NCBI GenBank assembly: GCA_965231035.1
Contig: OZ246409.1
Location: 508,324-572,323 of the forward strand
Reading direction: 5' to 3'
Source of the DNA: an uncultured Muribaculaceae bacterium
GTDB lineage: Bacteria; Pseudomonadota; Alphaproteobacteria; Rs-D84
DNA: 64,000 bases
Shown: piece by piece, positions 1 through 10,195 of the stretch
Layout of the letters: the number at the start of each line of letters is the position of its first letter
Position numbering within the stretch: position 1 is the stretch's first letter
Made by a program: the position numbers and the translations under genes
The notes under the pieces: model-generated
What the model was told of the DNA's origin: nothing
Databases searched by the model: none
The model's input: only the letters and a program-made list of their open reading frames with translations

Positions 1-172
1 TTTTGTCACCTTCAATATCCCCAAAATAAATAATATGAATCGGCAAATTATATTTTTTATCAATAACAACAGATTCCAAAGTTGATAGTTCTGGAACAAA
101 AACACCGTCACGGTAAACAATAGTTTCCGCTAGAAAGGTTTTTATATTGAATTCTTGCCAAAGATAGTTCAT
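1..172 (-). CDS. 5' portion of an unidentified gene (N-terminus only; the gene continues past the window start)
   Basis: Reverse-strand ATG at 172, open to the window edge for 57 codons (MNYLWQEFNIKTFLAETIVYRDGVFVPELSTLESVVIDKKYNLPIHIIYFGDIEGDK...). Divergent from ychF. No family recognised. Confidence 0.3.
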   Translation of the reverse strand, partial: MNYLWQEFNIKTFLAETIVYRDGVFVPELSTLESVVIDKKYNLPIHIIYFGDIEGDK

Positions 173-213
173 ATTAGCCTCGTCAACTTATAATCATTAT
201 AGAGGAAATAAAA

Positions 214-1293
214 ATGGGTTTCAATTGTGGAATTGTTGGATTACCAAATGTTGGAAAATCGACTTTGTTTAATGCACTGACTGAAAGTGCAGCGGCTGAT
301 GCTCAAAATTATCCTTTTTGTACAATAGAGCCAAATACTGGGCGTGTAGTGGTCCCAGATGAAATTTTATTAAAACTAGCAGCAGTTGAAAAATCACAAA
401 AAATCATACCAACACAGCTTGAAATAGTTGATATTGCAGGTCTGGTCAAAGGTGCCAGCAGTGGCGAAGGTTTAGGAAATAAATTTTTAGGAAATATTTT
501 AGCTGTGGATGCAATAATCCATGTTATCAGATGTTTTGAAAATGATGATATTGTGCATGTAAATGGAAAAATAGATCCGTTATCAGATATAGAAATAATT
601 GAAACAGAATTGATGTTGGCGGATTTAGAATCCTTGGACAAGCAGATAAAAAATCTGGAAAAAAAGGCTCGTGGTCTGGATAAAGAGGCAGTAAAAATGC
701 TGTCGGATGCTACCGAAGTTAAAAAAGGTCTAGAATCTGGAATACCAGCCAGATTACAACAAATTGATGCAACCCCGTTTAATTTATTAACAAAAAAGCC
801 GGTAATTTATGTTTGCAATGTCGAAGAGTCGTCTGCTGCAACCGGAAATAAATTTTCTGATATGGTAAAAAACAAATTGGATGGTCAATCGCCAGTTCTG
901 GTAATTTCATCAAAAATAGAAATGGAAATTTCACAAATTGTTGATTTAGAAGAAAGAAAGATGTTTTTAAACGATTTGGGATTAAACGAATCTGGACTGT
1001 CCCAGGTTATCCGTGTTGGTTATGAAACATTGGGGTTACAGACATTTTATACTGTTGGGCCAAAGGAAGCACACGCATGGACAATAACACGCGGTATGAC
1101 TGCACCCCAGGCAGCCGGTAAAATTCATACAGATTTTGAAAAAGGTTTTATTCGTGCAGAAATAATTTCACCAGCAGATTATTTGGCATTGGGCAGCGAA
1201 ACGGCGGTCAAGGAAGCTGGAAAAATGCGTCTAGTCGGCAGAGATTATGTGATGACCGAAGGTGATATCTGTCATTTCTTGTTTAATAATTAA
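214..1293 (+). CDS. ychF: Ribosome-binding ATPase YchF (Obg-family GTPase)
   Basis: N-terminal G1 motif GLPNVGKSTLFNAL, characteristic YchF body and C-terminal TGS domain. SD-like AGAGGA 8 nt upstream and TATAAT at 189-194. Confidence 0.93.
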   Translation: MGFNCGIVGLPNVGKSTLFNALTESAAADAQNYPFCTIEPNTGRVVVPDEILLKLAAVEKSQKIIPTQLEIVDIAGLVKGASSGEGLGNKFLGNILAVDAIIHVIRCFENDDIVHVNGKIDPLSDIEIIETELMLADLESLDKQIKNLEKKARGLDKEAVKMLSDATEVKKGLESGIPARLQQIDATPFNLLTKKPVIYVCNVEESSAATGNKFSDMVKNKLDGQSPVLVISSKIEMEISQIVDLEERKMFLNDLGLNESGLSQVIRVGYETLGLQTFYTVGPKEAHAWTITRGMTAPQAAGKIHTDFEKGFIRAEIISPADYLALGSETAVKEAGKMRLVGRDYVMTEGDICHFLFNN

Positions 1294-1294
1294 T

Positions 1295-2917
1295 TTACAA
1301 AACTATTGATTCTAAACGTTCTATGGATTTTTTTATTTCTGTATCAATTGCAGCTATCTTGGTTCTAACAGTTTCATCACCACCCAATAATTTTGCGGTT
1401 AATTCTTTTTTCTGAGCGTTTAATTTTTCCAGATATTTTTTTAGTTTTAATGAAACAATAAATTTTTCTGCATCTTGCAGGTTAATATCAACACTACCGC
1501 CACCAACCCCATCAAAAGATATATTCAAAGTTGCCAAAAATTCCGCATGTATTTCTGCCAGGTCCGGATATTTTTCAACAATTGCACGCAATGTTCCCAC
1601 AGTAATTTTATCTATTTCTGGAACCGCTATATCTGGTAATTTTTTCTTTTTATCCCATTTGTGCCATTGATTAAATTTACGGCTGTTAAATTCTTTTTCG
1701 AATTCAGATCTTAAATCTGGGTCTTTGATTTTTTCTAATTCTTTTTTAATAAATTTCTCGGCTTGGCTGCGACCACCTGGGGTTGAAATTAAAAAGCTTT
1801 TATTAACAAGGTTCCAAAAGAAATCAACAAACGCTTCGGCAGAATCAATAATCTTTTTCATAGATTCAATACCGTTTTTGCATTTCAAAACCTCGTCAGG
1901 GTCTTTACCACCAGTCATAAAAGCAAATTTAACATCAGAAGTATCACGCAAAAATGGTAAAATTATTGAACATGCGCGTGCTGCTGCCTTTTGACCCGCC
2001 GCATCACCGTCAAAACAAAAAGTTATATTTCTGTTCAGTTTACACAAAATTCCGATATGGTCTTCGGTCAATGCAGTGCCAAGTGGTGCAACTGTTTCGC
2101 CAAAACCATGAACCTGCATTTGTATTGCGTCAATTTGTCCTTCGACAACAATACTGCGATTGGTTCTGTGAATTGATTCGCGTGCAAAGTTCAAACCAAA
2201 TATAGTTTTTCTTTTATGAAACAATTCAGTATCTACAGTGTTTATATATTTTGGTTCAGATCCATCCAAACTGCGACCTGAAAAAGCAACAACCTGGCCC
2301 ATTGGATTAAAAATTGGAAACATTAATTTTTCACGGAAAAAGTCATAATTTCCGTATTCTCCCCTGCGAACCAATCCGGTTGCAGAAAGTTTTTCAAATG
2401 GAGTGGTTGCAAATTTTGCAGAAATTACATTGTTTTTTGGTGCGTAACCAATACCATATCTTTTTATAATTTCATCAGAAAATCCACGACCACGGATATA
2501 TTCCAAAGCATTACGGCCATCCGGTTCAAACAGTTTTTTTTGATATACATTTGCTGCCGCCGTCATAATATCAATATACGAATCTTCACGCGCTTTTTCT
2601 TCTGTGGTTTTTTGTTTAAATTCAGGAACTTTTAATCCCGCCATATTTGCCAGCTCACCAATAGCAGCACGAAAATCCATATTGTTGGATTTCATTGTGA
2701 ATGAAATTATATCGCCATGTTCGCCACAGCCAAAACAGTGGTAAAATCCTTTTTCTTCGTTAACAGAAAAACTGGGTGTTTTTTCATTATGAAATGGACA
2801 GCAACCCCAGTAATTTTGACCTTTTTTTGCCAAGGGTACACGTTTACCAACAACGTCCACAATTGATAGACGTTCACGTAGTTCATCAGTAAAATTGCGG
2901 TCATAATTATTTGGCAT
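1295..2917 (-). CDS. dnaG: DNA primase
   Basis: N-terminal zinc-ribbon CCPFHNEKTPSF...CFGCGEHGD, TOPRIM region (VVVEGQIDAIQM, FCFDGDAAG). 540 aa, so somewhat shortened at the C-terminus. Confidence 0.9.
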   Translation of the reverse strand: MPNNYDRNFTDELRERLSIVDVVGKRVPLAKKGQNYWGCCPFHNEKTPSFSVNEEKGFYHCFGCGEHGDIISFTMKSNNMDFRAAIGELANMAGLKVPEFKQKTTEEKAREDSYIDIMTAAANVYQKKLFEPDGRNALEYIRGRGFSDEIIKRYGIGYAPKNNVISAKFATTPFEKLSATGLVRRGEYGNYDFFREKLMFPIFNPMGQVVAFSGRSLDGSEPKYINTVDTELFHKRKTIFGLNFARESIHRTNRSIVVEGQIDAIQMQVHGFGETVAPLGTALTEDHIGILCKLNRNITFCFDGDAAGQKAAARACSIILPFLRDTSDVKFAFMTGGKDPDEVLKCKNGIESMKKIIDSAEAFVDFFWNLVNKSFLISTPGGRSQAEKFIKKELEKIKDPDLRSEFEKEFNSRKFNQWHKWDKKKKLPDIAVPEIDKITVGTLRAIVEKYPDLAEIHAEFLATLNISFDGVGGGSVDINLQDAEKFIVSLKLKKYLEKLNAQKKELTAKLLGGDETVRTKIAAIDTEIKKSIERLESIVL

Positions 2918-2929
2918 TAACTTTTTATT

Positions 2930-5185
2930 CTATTTCTTTCTACCCCAGGATTTTTTAGCACTTGGTTTTTTATTGTTAATTAAATCAGCAGCGGTTGCCA
3001 AATCAGGTTGCTCTTTCACACTGACATTAACTTTGTTTGATGAAATGTATGCACCATAACGACCTTCGGCATAATACAAAATAGGTTTATCTGTTTTTGG
3101 GTTGATGCCCAACTCGATACCTTCGGCTTTTTTCTTTTCCCCAGATAAGAGTTCATTAGCAATTTCTAAAGTAATTGTGTCAGCATTATATTTTTTTGCA
3201 GATGCGTTTTTTTTGCCATCTGTAACATATGGGCCAAAACGACCGGTTTTGAATTTAATTCCATTACCTAAATCTTTTTCTGATGCACCGGCTTTTTCTT
3301 CAGAATTTTCACCATTTACCGGCATATTTGACAGTTTTTGAGTATAATCACAAGTTGGATAGTTTGAACAACCTATAAAAGCACCATATTTAGACAACTT
3401 TAAAGAAAGTGCTCCACCACATTTTGGACACTTATCGCCGGCTTTTTTGAATAAATGTTCATACATGTTTTTATTAATTTCATCAATAATTTCGGTTGTT
3501 TTAATGTCTTTTGCGGAATCAATCATCTTTTGGGTTGGTTGCCAAAACTCGGATAAAGCCGGTGTTTTTGCAACTTTTCCATTTGAAACATCGTCCAAAG
3601 TATCTTCGGTCTTAGCAGTAAAATTAACATCAACCAGGTCAGGAAAATACTTTGACAGATATGCAGCAATGACCCAACCGCCTGATGTTGGCGAAAAACG
3701 GCGCTGTTTATCCTGTTCTACATAGTTTCTATCAACAATAGTGCTCATAATAGCAGCATAAGTTGATGGTCGACCTATTCCAAGCTCTTCCAGCTTTTTT
3801 ACCAGTGAAGCTTCGGTATATTTGGCTGGCGGTTGAGTGAAATGTTGATCTGGGGTCAGTTTTTTAATAGTTATAAAATCACCCACAGATAATGTTGGTA
3901 ATTTTTCTTCAGCGTCATCATCAGATGAATCATCAGTATCTTCTTGATAAACCTTCATAAATCCATCAAATGTTCGGGTTGTTCCAACCGCATGAAAGGT
4001 GGCTAACTTTTTATTATCTTGAATATCCACAGAAACACTGTCAAATTCGGCGTTTGTCATTTGGCATGCAATTGTGCGTTTCCAAATAAGGTCATAAAGT
4101 TTTATTTCATCACCTTCTGCGCTGCAAGCCGCAGAATCAAAGTGTGTAGGGCGAATTGCTTCGTGGGCTTCTTGGGCATTTTTTGACTTAGTTACATATA
4201 TATTTGGTGTTTCTGGCAGGAAGTTTTTACCGTATTCATGTTCAATAAAGCCCTGAATTCCGGTAATACTGTCAATAGACAGGTTGGTTGAATCGGTTCT
4301 CATATAGGTTATTAGACCTTGCTCATAAAGTCGCTGGGCGGCAGCCATAGTGCGTTTGGAGCTGAAATAAAGCTTCCTGGCAGCCTCTTGTTGAAGGGTG
4401 CTGGTAGTGAACGGAGCCGCAGGTTTTCGGGATATTTTGCGTTTTTCTAGTAAAATTACAGATGCGGCAATAGGTACTTGCAATTTTGATAAAATATTAT
4501 CCATTTGACCCTTAGATTCAATGGTCATCTTGTCGATTTTTTGCCCGTTTTCTGCGAAAAGTTTGGCATTAAAGGAATTTTGTCCTTTTTCGCATATTGC
4601 GGTCAGTGACCAATACTCTTTTGGTACAAATTTTTCGATTTCTCGCTCGCGATCTACCACTAATTTGACCGCAACTGACTGTACACGACCAGCAGATTTT
4701 CCCAGATTCCTGCGCCATAGAAGCGGAGAAATGCCAAAACCAATCAAATAATCCAAAGCACGGCGTACAAGATAGGCATCAACCAGGTTTTGATCAATTT
4801 CACGTGGGTTTTTGATTGCTTCTTCAACTGCTTTCTTGGTTATTTCATGGAAAGCTACACGGTATATCTTCTTGTTTTTAAGTGCTTTTTTATCTTCTAA
4901 GATGTCAAACAGGTGCCATGCGATTGCTTCACCTTCTCGATCAGGGTCACTTGCCAAATAAACAGCATCTGCCTTTTTAAGTTCGTCCAGAATCAGTTTT
5001 ATCTGTTTTTCTTTGCCTGGCATAATTTGCCACTTCATAGCGTAATTGTTTTTTACATCAACACTGCCGTTTTCTGGAACCAAATCACGAACATGGCCAA
5101 TAGAGGCTACAACGCGCCAGCCAGTACCCAAATACTTTTCAATAGTTTTTGCTTTTGAAGGGGATTCTACGATTAACAGATTCAT
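2930..5185 (-). CDS. topA: DNA topoisomerase I
   Basis: N-terminal TOPRIM MNLLIVESPSKAKTIEKYLG, active-site region ITYMRTDS, C-terminal C4 zinc ribbons (CPKCGG...CSNYPTC). Confidence 0.93.
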   Translation of the reverse strand: MNLLIVESPSKAKTIEKYLGTGWRVVASIGHVRDLVPENGSVDVKNNYAMKWQIMPGKEKQIKLILDELKKADAVYLASDPDREGEAIAWHLFDILEDKKALKNKKIYRVAFHEITKKAVEEAIKNPREIDQNLVDAYLVRRALDYLIGFGISPLLWRRNLGKSAGRVQSVAVKLVVDREREIEKFVPKEYWSLTAICEKGQNSFNAKLFAENGQKIDKMTIESKGQMDNILSKLQVPIAASVILLEKRKISRKPAAPFTTSTLQQEAARKLYFSSKRTMAAAQRLYEQGLITYMRTDSTNLSIDSITGIQGFIEHEYGKNFLPETPNIYVTKSKNAQEAHEAIRPTHFDSAACSAEGDEIKLYDLIWKRTIACQMTNAEFDSVSVDIQDNKKLATFHAVGTTRTFDGFMKVYQEDTDDSSDDDAEEKLPTLSVGDFITIKKLTPDQHFTQPPAKYTEASLVKKLEELGIGRPSTYAAIMSTIVDRNYVEQDKQRRFSPTSGGWVIAAYLSKYFPDLVDVNFTAKTEDTLDDVSNGKVAKTPALSEFWQPTQKMIDSAKDIKTTEIIDEINKNMYEHLFKKAGDKCPKCGGALSLKLSKYGAFIGCSNYPTCDYTQKLSNMPVNGENSEEKAGASEKDLGNGIKFKTGRFGPYVTDGKKNASAKKYNADTITLEIANELLSGEKKKAEGIELGINPKTDKPILYYAEGRYGAYISSNKVNVSVKEQPDLATAADLINNKKPSAKKSWGRKK

Positions 5186-5188
5186 TTA

Positions 5189-6334
5189 TTAAAAGCCTTT
5201 GGCTGAAAGTTGCTGGTCTTTGTTTATATGCGCGTTTTGGCATAAACCAAAACCAAACATCAGGGATAATAAACTGCTGCCTCCGAATGACATCAGTGGC
5301 AACGGTACCCCAACGGTTGGTATTAAACCCAAAACCATAGAGATATTTATAAAGTAATAAATGAAAAAGTTCAACATAAAACCAAAACAGAATAATTGCC
5401 CAAATCGATTACGGCACGTTTTTGCGATCCAAAATAGAACAGCAATAATAATTCCATAAACAAGCAATAAAAAGAAACTTCCAAAAAATCCAAATTCTTC
5501 ACCCAGCATTGTGAAAATAAAGTCAGTTTGCTTTTCTGGCAAAAAAGATTGTTGCGATTGTGTACCGGATAAATAACCTTTACCTGTAATTCCCCCACTG
5601 CCAAAAGCGATTTTCGCCTGATTTATTTGATAACCAGATCCCTTAGCATCATGGTCAGGGTTAACAAAGGTAATAATTCTTTCACGTTGATAATCATGCA
5701 TACCACCAAACCAAACAACCGGTGCCGCCAAAACTGCTAAAATTCCAGCAATAATAAACCATTCTTTTTTTGCACCAGTTATAAAGAACATAACAATTGT
5801 AATTAACCCCAAAGAAATGGCAGTTCCCAAATCTGGCTGTGCGACTATTAAAACAAAAGGTAAAATCATCAAAATAACCGGGATAATGTAATTTTTTGAC
5901 TCGATGGAATCTCGCCAGTTCATCCACGAGAAATGTCTTGCCAACACCAACACCAAAGATATTTTTATAAACTCTGATGGTTGTATGTGAAAAAAACCAA
6001 TATCTAACCATCTTTGGGCACCCATCCCAGTATGGCCGACAAAAGTAACCAAAACAATTAATAGAAAAGCAACAGCATAAATAAAATATGCTGATTTTAT
6101 CCATAATTTTATATTTGTGAAGGCTGCGAAAAAGAAAATAACAAAGCCCACCAATATTTTCATCAATTGAGAAAAAGCAAATGGATGCCAAGAACCACCA
6201 CCAGCAGAAAATAAAACCAGAATAGAAGTTATCAGAATTATAACCATAGGAGCAAATAATACCCAAGAAAACCTTTTCAATTTTTCAGAAAAGGTCATCA
6301 TGTTTGAATTTGAAACACGTGTCTGTCTAACCAT
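5189..6334 (-). CDS. mrdB: SEDS-family peptidoglycan glycosyltransferase RodA
   Basis: Ten-TM SEDS profile (QPSEFIKISLVLVLARHF, PDLGTAISL). Overlaps the mrdA stop by 8 nt, typical of the mrdAB couple. Confidence 0.85.
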   Translation of the reverse strand: MVRQTRVSNSNMMTFSEKLKRFSWVLFAPMVIILITSILVLFSAGGGSWHPFAFSQLMKILVGFVIFFFAAFTNIKLWIKSAYFIYAVAFLLIVLVTFVGHTGMGAQRWLDIGFFHIQPSEFIKISLVLVLARHFSWMNWRDSIESKNYIIPVILMILPFVLIVAQPDLGTAISLGLITIVMFFITGAKKEWFIIAGILAVLAAPVVWFGGMHDYQRERIITFVNPDHDAKGSGYQINQAKIAFGSGGITGKGYLSGTQSQQSFLPEKQTDFIFTMLGEEFGFFGSFFLLLVYGIIIAVLFWIAKTCRNRFGQLFCFGFMLNFFIYYFINISMVLGLIPTVGVPLPLMSFGGSSLLSLMFGFGLCQNAHINKDQQLSAKGF

Positions 6335-8126
6335 TTTTTAATATCTCTCTCATTGTTTCAGCAGCAACACGTGCAGCAACCGAGCTTGTGCCAGAGTGTT
6401 CTGTCACAGTACAAATAACATATCTTGGATTATTTGTTGGAGCATATCCGACAAACAATCCATGGTTTCTCATATTCCAATTTAATTGTTCGTTTGTTAA
6501 AACGCCTGTTTCGTGTTCTGATCGTGAAATATTACGAACCTGTGAAGTTCCAGTCTTACCACCCATTTTTTTACCATTAATATTTACAGCACTGCCAGAC
6601 GCAGTACCACCTGTTTGTAAAACCTGTTCTAGACCCGTAAGAACGGCACGTATATTTTTCTGTTGCAGTTTTAAATCATCAAATTTTTCCAATTCACCGT
6701 CTTCAATTAATCTTGGTTTTACTTCTTTATTAGAAGCGACACGCGCCATCATAATTGCCAATTGTAAGCAATTTGTAAGTATAAAACCCTGACCAATACC
6801 AGAAATAATAGTATCACCATGAACCCATGTTGACCCAATATTTTTTTCTTTCCATCTTCTGTCTGGCATAATCCCAGTCATTTCCTTTGGCAAAATATTG
6901 TGCATAAATTTTTCAGTGAAACCAAGTTTCAAAGCCATTTCTTTTATAGCATCAATACCAATACGCAAAGCAATTTGATAAAAATAAACGTCACAGGAAT
7001 GTTTAATTGCCCCATATAAATCAACGGCACCATGACCTTTTTTCTCCCAGCAATAATAACGTCTGTCACCGTAATCCCAATATCCTGGGCAGAATATTTT
7101 TTCGGTTGGTAACAAAGCGCCAGATTCCAAAGCAGCCAAGGCAACAATTATTTTGAATGTGGATCCTGGGGGATATAAACCTTCCAGAGTTTTATTCATA
7201 AATGGTTTTGCAATATCATTACGTAAAGAATCTAAATATTCATCACCATCATCATTACGAAAATTGTTAGGATCAAAACTGGGGGCGGATGCCATTGCCA
7301 GAATGTTTCCAGTTTTTATATCAATAGCAACACCACAACCAGAACGATTTGCATTCAAACCATCTTGTAATTTCTTTTGAACATTTTCGCGAATTGTTGT
7401 TTTAAGGTTTTTACCATTTTTGGCGGCTACGAACTGGGATTTATCTTCACCAGTTGTACGACCAACAGCATTTGCAATCATAACAGTTTGACCTGGATCA
7501 CCTTTTAGTGTTTCATTAAAAGATTTTTCCAATCCTGTAATTCCAGTTGTAAAAAATGGTGCGTTTGGAACTGGTTTGTCGGGAATACCAACATATCCAA
7601 ATATTTGTGCACCAGCATACCCAAGTTCGTAAATTCTGGTGTAACCACTTTTTATATGAAGTCCAGGAATGTTTTGTGCCTGCAATTCTGCCAGCTTTTT
7701 CCAATCAGAATTTTCACTGACCAAAACAGGTTGAAACTTAGCTTGTTTTTTTATTGTTCTGTAAATTCTTTCGATTGTTTTATTACGTAATTTTAATTCA
7801 CGAGATACCAAAGAAATCAAAGCATCAACATTTTCAGTTTCTTCTGGTATTAAGTATATTCTGTAAATAGGCGCATCACGTGAAATTGGGACACCAGATT
7901 CAGAAAGTATTTTTCCGCGTTCTGGCATATTTATTTGTATTCTAAAAGAGTTGTTTTCAGATTTGCGTTTATAATCTTTGTAATCAAATACCTGCATTTG
8001 CAGCATACGCATAATCAAAAGCGAAGTTAAAACAGCACCTGCCCCTAGAAACATGGCAGAACGTCTATCAAAAAGGCGTGCGACTTCGGAATCAATCATT
8101 ATCAACTCGTTTTGCAATTGCAACAA
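6327..8126 (-). CDS. mrdA: Penicillin-binding protein 2 (elongasome transpeptidase)
   Basis: N-terminal TM, PBP dimerisation domain, transpeptidase motifs STFK, SCD(V) and KTGT. Confidence 0.88.
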   Translation of the reverse strand: MLQLQNELIMIDSEVARLFDRRSAMFLGAGAVLTSLLIMRMLQMQVFDYKDYKRKSENNSFRIQINMPERGKILSESGVPISRDAPIYRIYLIPEETENVDALISLVSRELKLRNKTIERIYRTIKKQAKFQPVLVSENSDWKKLAELQAQNIPGLHIKSGYTRIYELGYAGAQIFGYVGIPDKPVPNAPFFTTGITGLEKSFNETLKGDPGQTVMIANAVGRTTGEDKSQFVAAKNGKNLKTTIRENVQKKLQDGLNANRSGCGVAIDIKTGNILAMASAPSFDPNNFRNDDGDEYLDSLRNDIAKPFMNKTLEGLYPPGSTFKIIVALAALESGALLPTEKIFCPGYWDYGDRRYYCWEKKGHGAVDLYGAIKHSCDVYFYQIALRIGIDAIKEMALKLGFTEKFMHNILPKEMTGIMPDRRWKEKNIGSTWVHGDTIISGIGQGFILTNCLQLAIMMARVASNKEVKPRLIEDGELEKFDDLKLQQKNIRAVLTGLEQVLQTGGTASGSAVNINGKKMGGKTGTSQVRNISRSEHETGVLTNEQLNWNMRNHGLFVGYAPTNNPRYVICTVTEHSGTSSVAARVAAETMREILKNG

Positions 8127-8547
8127 AAGGAATATACAATGCTGTTATCCATAAAATAAACCATATTGCACGGATAAAGCCGGTAAAACTCCAGTTAAAT
8201 ATTATAAGTATCAAAGAAGCAATACTGACATAACCAACAAGTACCAATATTCCATCATTTTTTTGTCTGGCCAAATCAACAAAGTTTTGCAAGCCATTTG
8301 CAGCATAAAAAAGACAATACATAAATGTCCAAAATAAAACAGTATCAAATTTATAATCTATCAGGAAGCAAAACAGAATTGAAAAAGGAACAAACCAATC
8401 AGTTGGTTTTATAAAAGAATAATAAAAGATTGGAATTAATGCCAAAAGCCCACCAGGGTTCCAAAAAGGAACCGACAAGTGCCACAGAACCAAAACTGAT
8501 AAAAAAGGAAATGCGGATTTAAAATATGCGGCAATTTTTTTCATCAT
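8092..8547 (-). CDS. mreD: Rod shape-determining protein MreD-like membrane protein
   Basis: Small polytopic membrane protein, 151 aa, placed between mreC and mrdA as in the canonical mreCD-mrdAB order. Overlaps both neighbours. Confidence 0.55.
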   Translation of the reverse strand: MMKKIAAYFKSAFPFLSVLVLWHLSVPFWNPGGLLALIPIFYYSFIKPTDWFVPFSILFCFLIDYKFDTVLFWTFMYCLFYAANGLQNFVDLARQKNDGILVLVGYVSIASLILIIFNWSFTGFIRAIWFILWITALYIPFVAIAKRVDND

Positions 8548-9365
8548 TTGTATTTATCTTTACTGCTGAATTTTAAAACCATAACACTGGATAATTTTTC
8601 TGGCGATACAATTTTTACGTCTTCGTGACTTTTCATTTCGCCAACAGGTATTCCATCAGGTAAAACACCACGAATATTACTGGTGATAAGTTTTAATCCC
8701 TTTGTAGCTTGGAACTCAGGATCGCTAAAAAATCCCATAGTAGGTGTTTCTGAACCATTTCCCTGCAAGAATCCATAAACTTCGGACCCAGCGATACGAA
8801 CAGGTATATTCGACTTTGTATCTGTCAAAGAACGAACTTTTGCAAAACTTTCACCCATTTCTGATACAACACCAATCAAGGCACCTTCAAATGATATGAC
8901 AACCATATCTTTTTCTATACCAGACTTTGAACCCTTGTTTATAAAAAACGTATCATGGTTAAAAGCTTCGTTTTCATAAGTAATATTTGCAACAATTGAC
9001 TTTTCCGGTGTTTCACGAACAATATCTAATTCTTGATTCAATTTTTGGTTTTCGGATATAGCTATATCACAATCATTCTTTTGACGTATTGCTTCGCTAA
9101 GCTTTGCCTTTAATTCTTCGTTTTCAGTTCTGATTGTAGAAAGTTCACGAATTCCAGAAATCGCATTTCCAACAGCATGTATTGGCCAAGTAACAACATC
9201 ACCAACCCATTCTGTAATCGGTAGAACAAAACCAGATACACCATTCATAACCTTGTAATCAGGTTTATCAATTAAAAGATATATCAAAAATACCGGTAAA
9301 ATAGCGGCTGTTATTGCAGATTTTATAACATGACGCACACGAGAAGACATTTTTTTCTGGTTCAT
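8544..9365 (-). CDS. mreC: Rod shape-determining protein MreC
   Basis: N-terminal TM, coiled-coil (ENEELKAKLSEAIRQKN), C-terminal beta-rich MreC domain. Position 5' of mreD. Confidence 0.85.
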   Translation of the reverse strand: MNQKKMSSRVRHVIKSAITAAILPVFLIYLLIDKPDYKVMNGVSGFVLPITEWVGDVVTWPIHAVGNAISGIRELSTIRTENEELKAKLSEAIRQKNDCDIAISENQKLNQELDIVRETPEKSIVANITYENEAFNHDTFFINKGSKSGIEKDMVVISFEGALIGVVSEMGESFAKVRSLTDTKSNIPVRIAGSEVYGFLQGNGSETPTMGFFSDPEFQATKGLKLITSNIRGVLPDGIPVGEMKSHEDVKIVSPEKLSSVMVLKFSSKDKYK

Positions 9366-9530
9366 AGATTTTTACCATTTAATTTGTTACACGGTGCACA
9401 GTCTAATATTTTAATCATCAAGATTCAATAAAAACTTGATTTTTAGATTAAATATGTCAAAATACCCAAGCATCCGAAGTGGCAAGGCATTGCCATCAGG
9501 GTCAGTTGGTATCTAAACAAAGGATAGAAA

Positions 9531-9737
9531 ATGCCAAAAATGAAAACCAAATCGTACATGAAAAAACGTGCGAGCATGACAGCAACGGGCAAAATCCGTG
9601 TTGCCAGAAACAGCCACAAGAAACTGTTGCGTAAAAAATCCAACCGTGCAAACAACCAGGGTTCCAAGGCGCAGTACTTGAATGATAACATGATGGGACA
9701 GGCCAAAATCTTGACCCCATACGGATTAAAGAAATAA
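9531..9737 (+). CDS. rpmI: 50S ribosomal protein L35
   Basis: MPKMKTKS...KKR...TATGKI is typical of L35. SD AAAGGA upstream. Immediately 5' of rplT. Confidence 0.85.
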   Translation: MPKMKTKSYMKKRASMTATGKIRVARNSHKKLLRKKSNRANNQGSKAQYLNDNMMGQAKILTPYGLKK

Positions 9738-9752
9738 TAAGGGGCTGAAAAA

Positions 9753-10118
9753 ATGGCAAGAGTAAAACGCGGTATTACCGTTAAACAAAAACATAAAAAA
9801 ATTCTGCAACGTGCCAAGGGTTTCTTGGGTCGTCATCATTCGACATACAAGGCCGCACGTGAAAAAACTGAAAAAGCTGGTCAGTATGCTTATCGTGATC
9901 GTCGCGTTAAAAAACGTGATTTCAGATCATTGTGGATTGTTCGTATTAACGCAGCAGTCCGTTCTCATGGTCTGACATACAGCCAATTCATGAATGGCTT
10001 GAAAAAGGCCGGGATTGAACTGGATCGTAAAGTATTGGCAGAAATGGCATACGCAGGCGATTCAAACTTCGATAAATTGATCGAATCTGCAAAACGATTT
10101 ATCAAAACTGAAAAATAA
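9753..10118 (+). CDS. rplT: 50S ribosomal protein L20
   Basis: [18 protein letters not shown]...[19 protein letters not shown] is the L20 signature. Confidence 0.93.
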   Translation: MARVKRGITVKQKHKKILQRAKGFLGRHHSTYKAAREKTEKAGQYAYRDRRVKKRDFRSLWIVRINAAVRSHGLTYSQFMNGLKKAGIELDRKVLAEMAYAGDSNFDKLIESAKRFIKTEK

Positions 10119-10154
10119 TTTTCGGTGGCGATAATTTATGCAATGTTCTAGAAT

Positions 10155-10179
10155 AGCCACCGAACGGTGGCTATTTTTA
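10155..10179 (+). terminator. Intrinsic terminator after rplT (AGCCACC-GAAC-GGUGGCU then a U-run); part of a possible switch, see findings
   Basis: GC-rich hairpin followed by TATTTTTAT. Confidence 0.55.
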
Positions 10180-10195
10180 TATCAGGGAAAATACA

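Noticed and set aside
309-641. 110-aa antisense ORF inside ychF, and many similar antisense or alternate-frame ORFs of 60-170 aa inside dnaG, topA, rodA (5694-6266), mrdA, ileS, mnmG, metG, pnp and rpoH
   Set aside because: Each lies entirely within a well-supported conserved gene on the opposite strand or in another frame and has a low-complexity composition. These are typical spurious ORFs in A+T-rich DNA.
8141-8190. DnaA-box-like TTATCCATA and replication-origin features
   Set aside because: It is a single imperfect box inside the mreD coding sequence. No clustered boxes lie in any intergenic region, and no dnaA, dnaN or hemE is in the window.
9443-9817. 124-aa and 85-aa minus-strand ORFs overlapping rpmI and rplT
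   Set aside because: They are antisense to two highly conserved ribosomal protein genes and the structured leader. They are hydrophobic and low-complexity artefacts.
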